A DNA stretch of 64,000 nt from Lepidodermella squamata (taxonomy: Eukaryota; Animalia; Gastrotricha). Positions within the stretch are counted from its first letter, which is position 1. Every line of letters starts with the position of its first letter. Location: NCBI GenBank assembly GCA_047495785.1, contig JBLDXI010000034.1, forward strand, positions 1,318,139-1,382,138, read 5' to 3'. Shown piece by piece: positions 33,081-45,482 of this stretch. The translations under genes and the position numbers were made by a program. The notes below the pieces were generated by a model. It had not been told where the DNA came from. It ran no database searches and saw only the letters and a list, made by a program, of their open reading frames with translations.

Positions 33081-34344
33081 ATGATTGTAAAGCGATCCGC
33101 ACTGCAATGCACTTTATTCATCTCGATTCTACTCAATTTCGTCGTGATTTACATATACTTCTACCCAGCTCGGAGGTTCAAACGCTTCATCCGCGAGAAC
33201 TCTTCGTCCACAGATTTCACCGAAATCAACTGGCTGAATCAATTAGTTGACAACAGCCCGTCCGACTCTTTGCGAATTTTCACCTCAGATCGGCAGGATT
33301 TTGTTCTGGATCAGGAGCATAAATGCGACCTGGCCCGTGGATACCGCATAGTCATAACCTATGGCTCACACGGCCCTTATCTAAAACAAGCCGAGGATCA
33401 CTGCCAAGTGGCCGTGTCAATCAGAGGCATTGACGCTTGTATAGTTGTTAGGCCATCTTTTCTAGACGTTAAGTTTCGAGACCAGAATTGGGACAGTATT
33501 CTGTCGCGCAAACGCGGAGCCGGTTACTGGTTGTGGAAACCCTACATTGTCTTTCGATTTATACAGCAAATGAACGCTGAGGATGTGCTGCTCTACCTTG
33601 ATGCGGATAAATTTTTGATAAATAACCTGGAAGAATACGTCTGCTTACAGGTATTTTTCAGACATTTTTTATTTGATTTTTCAATTCAAAATTAATAAAC
33701 GGAAATTGAGGTTATAGCAATTAATTTGAGCAATAATTGTTCTCTTCATGATTCATGATCGCATCAATTTCAAAAATTTGAAAAATCGATAGGTCAAAAA
33801 AGTTACCATGGACTATTTTAAAAAATTTCTTAATTTCCCAAATTAGGCTGAGTTGAAGCAGGACGTAGTTGTCTTCTACCAAGCTTTCAACGACAATGTA
33901 TGGACAAAAGCTGATACCTATCACCTAATGAACATCGACCACAAAAACGTGCAATTTTTCAACGAAACCATGCAAATCTACGGTGGCTATTTAATGCTCA
34001 GAAAATCTATACATTCCATCCGATTTGTAAGCGAATGGTTGACCTATGCTCAAGACCCTCGAATTGTGACCGACGAACCGAGTCGTCTAGGCAGTGAAAT
34101 TTCGAATTTCGTGGAACACCGCCACGACCAGTCGATTTTAAGCTTATTGGCTAAAAAGTGGAATTTATCAACGTGGCCGAGCCCGGAATGGTGGGATTTC
34201 ACGTGGTCGCAACAGGGTCGAAATCAAGACCGTGACGGGCGGCCTGTTAACAGTCACAATCCGTTGAACATTGCAAAAATTCGTGAAAAAGGATTCACAA
34301 TACCTTCCAGAACTGTCATTCGGCTAGGAGAAGAAATTGTTTAA
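33081..34344 (+). CDS. Type II membrane glycosyltransferase-like protein (GYWxWKP / DxD / HRHDQS family); exons 33081-33650, 33847-34344
   Basis: N-terminal TM (TLFISILLNFVVIYIYFY); RGAGYWLWKPYIV, LLYLDAD, FVSEWLTYAQDPRIVTD, FVEHRHDQSILSLLAKKW; phase-0 GT-AG intron. Confidence 0.7.
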
Positions 34345-34386
34345 CAACAAATTATTTTATTATATCACATTATTTCGCAAATAAAT

Positions 34387-35861
34387 TTATTGATTTGGCT
34401 GATTTGACGGTTCTTGTTCGCTGGATGTTGGCTGATTATTGTTGAGATCGCGGCCACGGAATATCCATGGCGATTCTTCGGGTTTCAAATTTCGAATCAT
34501 ATCAACGATTTTACGCTGAAAATAGGATCGAGGTTCGCGTGGCTGATAATTTTCTAAAAAAGAATAAATAAATATATGAGTTGTTCGAAATTTCAAATTG
34601 ATTTAAATTTTTTTTGAAAATAATGTTTTCTGTGAATTTTATGTGAAGACGATTTTTCTTACGTTTTTCGGCGATTTCATAGCCATTTTTGAGCAATTCA
34701 CTCTCAGTCATCTCCATCTCATCAGCCGCCATCTTGTAGCTGGTCCTACCGAATGGTCTCATCCCGTAGAGCAGAACTTGAATTTCCAAAATAATTAAAA
34801 AAAATGAAGAGTTTTTTACTCTTACACTTACACACTTACATTCGATGAGTTGCATCTCGAGATGATCCAAATGATGAAAAACAACGGCAGTATCGCTGAT
34901 CCCATCAATACCCGGCGTGAATAGGTCGAAATCAGGTGGGTAGAAACTGATGGCCGTATCGACGGTTCCGTTCAGGTACTCGACGGGTTTTAGCGGGAAA
35001 AAACGCTGCCGGCCTTCAGCGTCGCGAGAATCGCCAACTTTTACCCCGAGTTTTTCCATACAATGACTCATTGAAATGTCCTCGCTATAATGAATGCCTC
35101 GGACGCATTCTGGGACATTGTTCCCACGTTCTCCAAATCTGTTCAAAATTACAAATAATTATTCACTGAAAATGTAATTATTTAATAAAATCCATGATCA
35201 CGAATATTACGTATTTTTTAATTAAATGTTTACCTCTTGAGAGCAGATCGGGAGATCGCGTATCCAGATCCAGAGAGGAAATGGTAACGATGCCGGCCGA
35301 CCATTAGCGGTTCATTAGGTGAATATTGGCTAAGGACCAGCTTCAAATTTTCCATCACAACATAACTGTCGTCATCAACTTTGAAAAACCAGTCGTAATT
35401 ATCAACGTTCTCCTCATAAACCCTCCTGAAATTTAAAAATTAATCAAATTAATTTTCTTGTAATTTTGCCGTTCATATACTGACCTGAAAGCGTTGCGCG
35501 TTTTGTACCATAAAGCTCGATAGTCTGAATTACTCGTGACCTTTGTCGCGCCCAAAACTGGGTCATGCTCGTCACTTGCAATGAAAAGGCCGTCGCATCT
35601 TTTGCCCCATAATAATTTGGCTAATTTAGCTCGGCTTTCGTGAAATTTCCGCGTCGTCAGCATCACGCACATTATTCTAACCGATCGCGACAGCAATTCG
35701 CCCGCTGATACCAAATTCGGAGCAGATATGGGTTCGGGTGCAGGCATTGGTTCATTCTCAAGCCGGGAAATCGAAATAAGGACAAGTAGTAAACAGGCGG
35801 AGAAGCCGAAAATAAATGGCCCAATGGCCTGAAAAATCGAAGATTTTCTCACGTAAATCAT
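34387..35861 (-). CDS. C1GALT1: Core 1 beta-1,3-galactosyltransferase-like (GT31/Fringe-like); about 5 exons
   Basis: N-terminal TM; VRIMCVMLT, WGKRCD, LWYKTRNAF, YDWFFKVDDDSYVVMENLKLVL, SGSGYAISRSAL, EDISMSHCMEKLGVKVGDSRDAEGRQRFFP, SDTAVVFHH. Confidence 0.85.
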
Positions 35862-36657
35862 TTTTGTGGAATAAATAAAATGAAAAATCATTTAGAGTAG
35901 TTAGAAAACGTAAATTTAGTCGTGTGCCTCACAGACACGCGCACGAATAATCAATCATCCAGTAAAAATAAGAAATTATCGATATTTTTCGAGTGGTTTG
36001 TTCGTTTGTGAGCCTGCTCAAATAAGAAGCAGGAAACTTATTAGCAAAGATCACAAGAGTCATTTTTACTGTCTTGGCCCGGATTGGCTATCATTCAATA
36101 TCCTGTGCCTCCTAAACATCGATGCATTTCAAAATGCATATCTGGCTAAAAGTATTTTGAAAATAAATTTCAGCTCGTTTGGCCAAAAATGCCAACAAGG
36201 TATTGGATTATGGATGATATTTCCCCATTTTCTGCCCCTATTCCTATTTGCACAACATTATTTGGTATTATATCCTTTTTTACACAATATTGTGGTACTT
36301 TGCTATTTTACATAACTGACCTTAACTCCAACCCCAACCATAACCCTGACCGCAACCCTAACCTGGAAGAAGGTATCGCCTGGTATCAATAATTTCACCA
36401 GTTGCGCGGCAGCTTCAACCTTTTAAAGTTTCGAACTCATACGAAAAAATATCGACAAATTAACAAAACATAGTTTACAGCTTTATTCGTGATAACTTAT
36501 TATTAGAACTTGAAACTTGACAGGAAAAAACGAAAAATTGAGAAAAAGAATGCTCTGAATAGCTTCTAGCACTTTCAGAATGTAAGTGTTGGCAACGTCA
36601 CAGTCCATAATATAATCCAATCTTGCAAGCAATAGGTCAAATTGAAAGCTCATAATA

Positions 36658-38453
36658 TCAAGCAATGTCGGCTGCAGGTGGCCTGTTGCCGAATTCACAG
36701 AGATTAACCTTTAACTGGTCAATTCGTTGCGCCAATGTCTCCTTCACGTGGGCATCCACGCCCGGATTTGAAATGGAAATAGACGAGACAGCTCGTTTGA
36801 GTTCAAGCTCAGTCATGTCGAAAAAGTCGGCGGGAATGCTAACGATAGCCATCTCATCCCACCTGATAGGCTCATCACAACCATATCCTTTTTCGATCAA
36901 GTCCAACTTTACGTCGAAAGTTTTGAGGGCCGCACATGCACGTCTGAGCTGTTGCTGGCGCTGGCCAATGGGCTTCAGGGCTGACATCCAATTACTGAAA
37001 CCGCTCAAAGCATCGATGCTATCAGATTTACCGTCCAATAAACTAACAAATTCACATAAAAAGAGCAGACTTTCGTTAGTTAGTGGAAGTGAAAACATTT
37101 TATCAATCAAATATCCGAACAAATACGAGGTGGGACGGTTGTCACTCAGAATTAACCCTGCCCTAACAGCGATGAGCTCGGCCAAAATGTAAATCCAGAT
37201 TTCGTGGAGATCGTGTGCCATGACAACTTCGATTACTTGTCGCCTTAATTCTTCGACGTCGTACTTGTCCGCATCATCCAGCAGAAATTTGAAAATTTCT
37301 TTATAACTTTCAACTTTGATACTTTCGAGCTGCCGCCTGCGGAACTCCAGCTTCTTCGTCTGAACATGTGTAACGACTGGAGGCTCAGTTCTTCGAATAA
37401 AGAAAGATCTGCCGTCGCTATTCCAGCGGGAAATTAATCGCACTGAATCGCCTCTTGGAACGGCGCCACAATTCGTCGAATTGTTGCAACCTTGAACCTG
37501 AGTCCATATCAACCCACAGTGAGGGCACTTTCGAAAGGGATGCTCTTTATCAAGACTGTCCGTCAAATAGCTCCTGAATTGCTGGCAATGGGCGAAGTAA
37601 CCATTAATGATGGCGTTAAGTTCCTCTCGAACCTTCTCGTACCAGAAGTAATCATCGAAATGATTGGCGTCCAGCCCGTTTTCATCCACAAACCGTTGGA
37701 CAAGTTCATCACAATAGCTTCGTATTTCCTTCAGCATTGAAAACATAAAATCCTGCCTGTCGAAAATGTCCTCAATTGACTGCAACTTCTCCATCACGCA
37801 GCTGACGAAAACGTTCGCTTTTTCATTCATTTCCTGGGCCGATCTCAAAATTCCCCGTTCACTTTTCTTCAAGTCGAAGTAGCGAGAAAGATTGTCGACG
37901 GAAATGTTGATCTCCTTTGCACCAGGCAGGTCGTCTCGGCCGATAAATTCGCCTATGACCTGCTCGTAATTTGTATTCAATTTGGAAACAAACACGACGC
38001 TTTTGATATTGAAGCGATGCAGCATCGTAGACCGAATCTTTCCTTCAAGATCGGCTGAGCTCGTCCGCAAATTGTCGGCGTGATCCCAATGTGTCACCAT
38101 GATGGTCATGTTATCTTCCAGGTCTTCTGCCATAGGATCGACTACGGTCTCGACGTCTCGAACCATTCTATCGATTCGGTTGTCAAACTTGCAAATAATG
38201 AAGATTCGCGTCACAAGCCGGTAGCATAGCGCTTTAGCAATGTGTATGGCGTGTTCGACCCTTTTGTCCATAGGCTCGTAACCAGGCGTGTCGGCGAAGT
38301 CGAACAGCGGCATTCCATAAACAGTGGTTTCAGTTGTAACGCTCACGGCACAATCGCGAGTCTCATTCGCCTCCAATTCACGGCCAATCAATCCCTCGGC
38401 AATCGTTGTCTTCCCGCTACCTGTCGCTCCGATGAGAACAACGTACTGCAAGG
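36658..38453 (-). CDS. P-loop GTPase (AIG1/GIMAP/septin-like TRAFAC) with helical region and Cys motif; one long exon, probably spliced to the upstream kinase
   Basis: G1 GATGSGKTT, G2 SVT, G3 DTPG, G4-like THWD; later CPHCGLIWTQVQGCNNSTNCG and GYGCDEPIRWDEM; 618-aa ORF 36658..38514. Confidence 0.8.
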
Positions 38454-38809
38454 CTGCAACGACAGAGGGTTTACAAATTATCGACTGAGAAATGAGAAAG
38501 CGTTCTATCCCCATTTCACATGCATTTCCCGCGACACTCCATAATAATTGAGATTTTTAGATAGGTTTCGTTGTTATATTCGAGGAAGCATCAAAATTTC
38601 GAATATGTCAACTTCGTTTAATTGACAATGCCGCCCGCAGTTAGTCAGCCTACGCTTTGCACCCAAGACCGAAGTCAGGTTTGAAAAAGTGACAAGCTGA
38701 CCAATCAGTGCACGGCGGTTTCGAAGGTTCCAAGCTCAATAACGGGAAGAAAAAATGGGGCAATGGAACTTTCCTCCTTGTATCAAAGAAATTCAAGATA
38801 TTATTATAC

Positions 38810-41450
38810 TTAAGAATGGATGTCCAGATGCTTGTGACATGGTGAATCGCTGCTCCGGCTTCTCCCTCATCAAATTGATCAGCAAGTCATCCAAGTTTTC
38901 CGCATCGCGATAGCCAAATTCCGATGCCTTTTTTGGTGACTTGAACTAAGCAATTTCTTGCAATCAAACACAAGATTTTTATAAAAAATAAGAGTTCCAA
39001 CCTCCATGTCGAGAGAAACAAGCTCATAAATTGTAGCTCCCAGCGACCAATTATCACATTTCAAAGTATAAATTGAACCAGTCGCAAATTCCGGTGCAAA
39101 GTAAGCAAGAGTGCCAGCCAATGTATCAGTGACCCTTTCGTAGATCGTAGACAATAATTCACATGCTATTGTAATCTGAATGCAAGCGGCTTACTCAGTT
39201 TTATCTTTCGCCAGCCCAAAATCTCCCAGCTTGATCACGCGGCGTCTCGAACAAAGAAAGATATTCTGATAGATTGAATATGAAAACAGTAATAAGATGG
39301 AAATGAAGCGAATTGAATGAAACGATTACGGAAAAGGTTAAAATCTAGTTATCCAATTTTCTTATCCTCTTTGATGCTAACAATCCGATTAGCGCTATTC
39401 CACAGACGGAAACAACTTGCACATGCTCATACTTCTCAAAGGGGCTATAAATGTTGTAAAAAATGTAATTTCGGAGATCTATACTATGTACAATCTATTA
39501 TTGGCCGGTTACCCTTTTCCTTTCTTTCAGGGTTATAGGTAATTGAATCTTTGCTGCACAGTATTTAAAATGAAAACTTCTCGAACTTACATCAGGCTTG
39601 ATGTCCCGATGCACCAGGTTGCGTTTGTGAACAAAGTTGAGCGCATTTATCATCTGCTTCGACCAAGATTGAATTGTCAGCATCGAGAATCGCTCATTTT
39701 TCGCCCTCATCTCATTGATGGCATCTCGCAACGACCCGTCCTCGCAGTATTCCATAATAATGTAAAAAACAGGCCCATCCACGCTATTTTCTGAAATACA
39801 AGACAATATTTTTCAGACCAGGTCGCGTCATGGGGGCCGAGGTTAATAGCTTTCAAAATTAAATTAAAAACATAATACGGGTCCTCCTGTACCGGAACCA
39901 AATTAGCTGTAAGCGGAACTAAATTTCGCAATATTTTTTGGGCCTGAGACCACTTTTCAGAATATCCAGAGATATTAAAATAGACCATCGTATAATTTTA
40001 TATACATTATTTTAAATTTCAGCGTGAAAGTCTGTGCAAGACGTAGCATTCACTATAGAAATCATTCGTTGCCAAAAATTCTTAGAATTTTTCGGAAATC
40101 AACATTTAACTGCACCAAATTTCAAATCAAAAGCTGGCACCTAACACAAATGATCAAAAGAGCAACTTTTCGAATATTTTTTCTATACCGATGATTAGGA
40201 ACTGGGGTTAGGGGGCTAGGGCGGTTAGAACTAGAATTAGGTCGATTTTCGAGCTTTTCCCAATATCAATTTTAGGGCCCTTGTACTTCACCAAAAACTA
40301 TTTTATTTTCAAGTGGAAAAATGGCTACGCGTTTTCGTAACCTCGTTTTTCGTTTGTAAAAACCGAAAATTTAACAATTTCAAAATTCAGATCACTGGTA
40401 AAAACGTTGAGCGAATTATTCTAAAATGAATAAACTTTAGCTTATCGACAGAACTACAATCGCTTCTAATTGAATCCTGAATCTCTACGAATGACTGTGC
40501 ATAAAACTGGGTGAATTTTATAGGTCAAATTTTAACGAATTTTAGGCAGGATTCTATATTCTAAGGTCTAAAATGTGGCTATTTGTAATTTGGCCCTTTT
40601 ACCTTCCTTTACCTATAAGCCAGTTGGAGCATGCCTGTTTTTCGCCGTTTCGGTCTGCGTGACAATCGGCATTGTTTGTTCCCATGATTCCTCAAATTTT
40701 AAGCAGACGTTCAGTTTATTTTGTTTATTTTGTAAGGCAAATTTTGCCCTGAAATCGTGCCGCGAGCCTAAATTTTTATTGCCCATTTGTCATTTGACAC
40801 GTCCATTATGTGACCACTTTTTAGGCGGGAAACGACGCCTTCTCCTATTGGTTCATTCAAATACTACGCGGGCGATTCAAATAGTTGTTTTTTGTGGAAA
40901 ATGATCGTTTTTACAACAATTGGCACGCGTTTTTCGATAAAATAGCGCCATTTAGCGCTAAATTGTTGCCAAGCCTATTTTTTCTAATGAAAAAGTGATC
41001 ATTTGAATCGCCCGCGTAGTATTTGAATTAACCAATAGGAGAAGGCGTCGTTTCCCGCCTAAAAAGTGGTCACATAATGTCAATTTTTAAAATAATCCTA
41101 TTGATAAAATTTCCAATAAAGCTAACCTTCGAAAGACTCGATCACCGAGACAATGTTCTTGCATTCAACGTGTTGCATGTTCTCAGCCTGAAATGTGTTT
41201 AAAGAGCAGCATAAATAAGCAAAAGAGAAGCGTAAAAGTCAACCTCTTTCTGTGCCATTTTCCACACTTTCTCGCAAAGATTAGGACGTCCCAATGTCAA
41301 CGCAGCTATCGCAGACTTGTAAACGCGCTTCGCGGCAAAAATCGTATCGTCGGCGTCTATTTTCTTGCAACGGAATACATCGCCGAAACCACCCGATTTT
41401 ATACGATCGATGGAGTGATACTTTCCGGAACCTCGCCAAATTCCCGCCAT
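38810..41450 (-). CDS. NEK-like Ser/Thr protein kinase domain (exons 41450-41244, 41187-41127, 39790-39591, 39265-39195, 39134-39002, 38945-38810), possibly the 5' part of a kinase-GTPase fusion gene
   Basis: SGGFGDVF, FAAKRV, YIIMEYCEDGSL, LVHRDIKPDNIFL, IKLGDFGLAK, GTLAYFAPE, CDNWSLG, PEQRFTMSQASGHPFL; all junctions are GT-AG and in frame. Confidence 0.85.
40804..41079. mobile_element. MITE with ~78-bp terminal inverted repeats in a kinase intron
   Basis: CATTATGTGACCACTTTTTAGGCGGGAAACGACGCCTTCTCCTATTGGTT...CGGGCGATTCAAAT (from 40804) is the near-perfect reverse complement of ATTTGAATCGCCCGCG...AAAAAGTGGTCACATAATG (to 41079). Confidence 0.75.
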
Positions 41451-42723
41451 TGCAACGTCGCTGCAGTGCCCACGGTTACCCAATATTTCAGTAATAATAA
41501 TATCGTCTATCATAATATAATATTAGGTCCTAAACTTCGACGAACGCCTTTTTCAATTTTTAAAATTCAGTTCGCTCGTAAAAAATGCAAAGAAATTTGC
41601 CTGAGGAATCTTGATCGACAGGTAAATTGTGGAGATTTTAGGAGCTCACCTTGATTTTTGAAGATATGTGAAGCAACCTGTAAATTTGGACATTTTCCCT
41701 AAGATTTGGACACATTATTGAACACGCATATGCTAATTAGACCATATTAAATAATAAGTTATATTAATTACTGACTCGTCTCATTGAGAGGGAAATTCTG
41801 ATAATGTTAAGGCCTAATCATAAAATCAAGGTGAAATAAAAAAATTTCGAAAAAGTAGAAAGAAATCACAAGGTTTTTATTTTGATGCTGACCAAAATGA
41901 TACATTTTCATGCAAAACTATAAGGAATTTTTCAAGACATTTTCAAGCTTAAAATTCTCGATGAAAAATAATCAATGAGAAAAATATTGAGGCGAACATG
42001 CGATCAGCGATTTCAAGGAAAATTTGCATTTATTGGAAAAATTCTTTGTACTAATATATAGGTTTTGCATATCGAATATCAGCGCTTAAATATTAGGTTC
42101 ACCCTTAAACACAATATAAAACAAAATAAGTCATCAAACCGCAATCGCAAATAATGAGCTCCAATCTCACAAATGCGCACAAATAGCCAAATGAAGAGGC
42201 AGAAACAAAAGACTTTTGACTTGTCACCTATATCACCTTGAAATGGATGTAAACAAGCCTAAATCCGAGTTATAGATTTACGCTAACGATTTATATAGAT
42301 TTATAGCGATGATTTTTAGATCGAAATCGGTGAATATTTAGCGAACTTCTCAACTTGGATCGAAATTCCTCAGGTTGATTCAAAATTAAAAAGCAGAATG
42401 AAAGCGAGAGAATAAGCAAGGCTATATCGTAGCATCGTTTTTCAGTAATTTAAAAGTAGTAAAAGTATAAGAAATTGGCACACGTGTGTAAGCAGCAGAG
42501 CACGCGCCAATCAAGCTGGATCAAGTTGACGTATGAAATTATTGTTCTAACATGTCAGCATCCGTAGTGACAAGTCGACTTTCGATGAGAAATTATGAAA
42601 AATTGCCAGCCACAATATTAAAAGAAATTGAAATTTCGGGGAAAAAACCGGAGAGAGCCAGGGAATGGAACCATCACGACAAAGGGTTCACAACAACAAA
42701 AAATGGCGTATTCATATTGAATT

Positions 42724-44070
42724 TTAATGCGAAAAATTGGGCATTTTCAAGCCTAAAAACCAATAATCAATTGAAAAATGTTTCGCGACAACACGATCCA
42801 ACGCCTTCCTAGCTTCCAAGTCCAAGTAAGCCGCACCTTTCGTATTAGTATCAAACTGATATCGATCGGTTCCAGCTCCTGGCTTGCCTGACGGCTCCGG
42901 TAACCTCGGCACTTTTTTCCTGCCAGTAATTTGCCTGGCAAAATATTCCAAATCGCACGCTAGATTGTCGAAATGGCCAACAAAGTCGTAGTCGATAGCG
43001 CAGAAATGGCACAGATACAATTGACCTCGCCAATGAGCTTCCAGCTCGCGTGGGTAATTTTCGGTATTCAAATACTTGATGAAATCGTCGAGTCGAACTG
43101 GCAGGCCGATGTCGATTTCTGACTTCGAGGCATTCCTCCATATTCTTTGCCGCACCTCTGAACCAACTATCTTAAAAATTGAATTTTTAATAATACTTAT
43201 TCGAAAGCTACCGAAAATTGAAAATTTTCGAAATACCTTGTAGTGATCTCGCCAAATGCCGTCTGATTCAGACGTGGACAACTTTTCACGCCATGATGAT
43301 ACGACACGCTCGACTGGGTCGCGGATGAATGCGATTTTCTTGTAAGTCGCCATGATTTTTTTAGCCTCTTTCACTGAGTATTCGGTCAAGCGTCGCGAGT
43401 GTTTAAGACCCGATCCGAGCCGATGAATTTGCAGCATTTCAGATCGGTTGTACGGGTACGATTCCAGCTCAGAATTTTCACTCAGGTGATTCAGGTAAAG
43501 CCGGACGTTAGTATTACCGACCTTCGGAGTCCTTAAGTCAACAAGATAAATTTTTGAAATAATTCGAAAACGAAAAATCATTCAAATTTACGCGCAGTAA
43601 ACAAGTTTGTATTTGTCATTTATCGCCAGATCGTTCCACCAAAAATCGGGCAAGCTGATATTTGAAATTAAAAATTAATTTAAATATTTTTGAAATTTCA
43701 CAAAGCATACTAGCAATTTGAAGTGATGTTGTTAGCGGCTGCCCAAGAGAAAAATCGCCATTCCGGAGTTTTTAGCGGCTGGTAAAGGTCGCCTCGCCGC
43801 TCAATTTTCTCGCAAATTTCCTTCATCCTTCGAATTCGAGCCTTCGACCGACTAGCTATCACTTCATCAGGCTACTGATGTGAATTTGAAATTTGTTGCT
43901 GAATATTTGAAAAAACTGACCTCACATCGTTGATGCGAGAAAGTATCGCTGGACAATTGCACTTCGATTTTTGCCGATAAATCGATGTGAAGAGCCAATA
44001 AAACACCAATAATAAAGGCGAGCAATAATCTTAAATTCGCGAGAATTTTATTAGGATGACCTAGACTCAT
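42724..44070 (-). CDS. Golgi carbohydrate sulfotransferase (Sulfotransfer_2; CHST8-14/HNK-1ST-like); about 5 exons
   Basis: N-terminal TM; spliced 5'-PSB VYCATPKVGNTN; 3'-PB FIRDPVERVVSSW; HWRGQLYLCHFCAIDYDFVG. Confidence 0.85.
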
Positions 44071-44129
44071 TTTTATGAATAGAAAAATACCTATATAATA
44101 AAGAACAGGCAAATTTTACGGAATTATTA

Positions 44130-45482
44130 TTAGACTTTATTTTTCTTCGATTTGTCATTTTCTAGGTTAAAATAGGGCCGGTCATAGCCAAGAAGCCAGT
44201 AGTCAGTTTCGTAATGCTGCCGAATAATTTGATCAACTAAAATCACCTTCGTTTTATTTCGCCGATTTTCAATAATCGATTTTACGAGTTTGTAATCGCT
44301 TCTGTTGTTGGGAAATCGATTTAGGGAGCTTCGATTGCCAATAATTCGCGTGACGTAGTCAAATTCACAGTCCAAATTTTCGTGGAGACCAATAAAGTTG
44401 TAATTAATGGCGCAAAAGTGGCACGAGTCGAGCTGTGGCCGTAAATTGGTGTCGAGTCCCTTCGATGGCTGATCGACCGCCATGTATCGCAAAAAATCGA
44501 TCAGATCGATAGGCAACAGCTGCTTAGTTTCGTTCGGTTTGTTCGATTTCGCCAAAATAATCCCGCCGAGGTCCTAATAAATATTTGGATTTGGATTAAA
44601 GATTAATTTGGATTTAGATTTTTCATCTCAATTTTTTCTTGAGGTTCTAAGATTTTTCAAATTTATTATTCCAAGTGATTGACCTACCTTAAACGACTGC
44701 TGATCGGTAGCATTTTCTGACAGATGATCGCGCCAAAAAGTCAGCATACGTTCCAATGGATCGCGAATGAAGGCAACTTTTTTGAAATTTTCCATCATCC
44801 ATTTTGCTTTGTCAGCTTTGAAATCATTCAAGCGGAACAGTTGGTAATTTCTCTCGCCTGATCTCGTTGGACCTAGTTTTCGCTGATCAAAATCGGATAA
44901 AAAGGAGAGGATCCCTTCATTGATAACCGAAGGTGACCTAATAAAATATCCTGATTGAGATTGATTTATAGGATTATTTTCATAATTACCCGCAAAAAAT
45001 GAGCTGCAGATTTTCGAAGACATACAAATTCTCCCACCAGGATCTAAAAGGATAATATTTTATGAAAATATGAGTAAAATAAACGAAAGCCTACAAGACG
45101 CTTGTTGATGATTGACCAAAGTTGTCCCAATCTAGGTCGAAAATCGGCGTCTTATCAAAAGTTCGATTTTCACTCGCGATTACATCGCAAATTCGCCTTG
45201 TTCTACTCTGCCGGTACGCATTGTGTGGTTTCAAGCTTGCATCTTCCTAGAAAATTCAAAAATTATCACGTATCTTTGAAATTTACAACCGAAATAATGA
45301 CACACTGGGCATAAATTTGAAGCGTCGAAAGCAGCTGATTCGATCGATGTTAATTTGAGTTTTTCACTTGAAAAATCGTCTAGTGATTTTTCAAAATTTC
45401 TCAGGCTAAGCGCTACGATGAAACCGAATGAAAGCGAGAAAGTAAGCTTGGCTATTTCATAATATTGTTTTTTCACTGTCAT
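44130..45482 (-). CDS. Second, divergent carbohydrate sulfotransferase paralog; about 5 exons
   Basis: N-terminal TM; FIRDPLERMLTFW; PQLDSCHFCAINYNFIG; YETDYWLLGY; similar exon layout to its neighbour. Confidence 0.75.
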
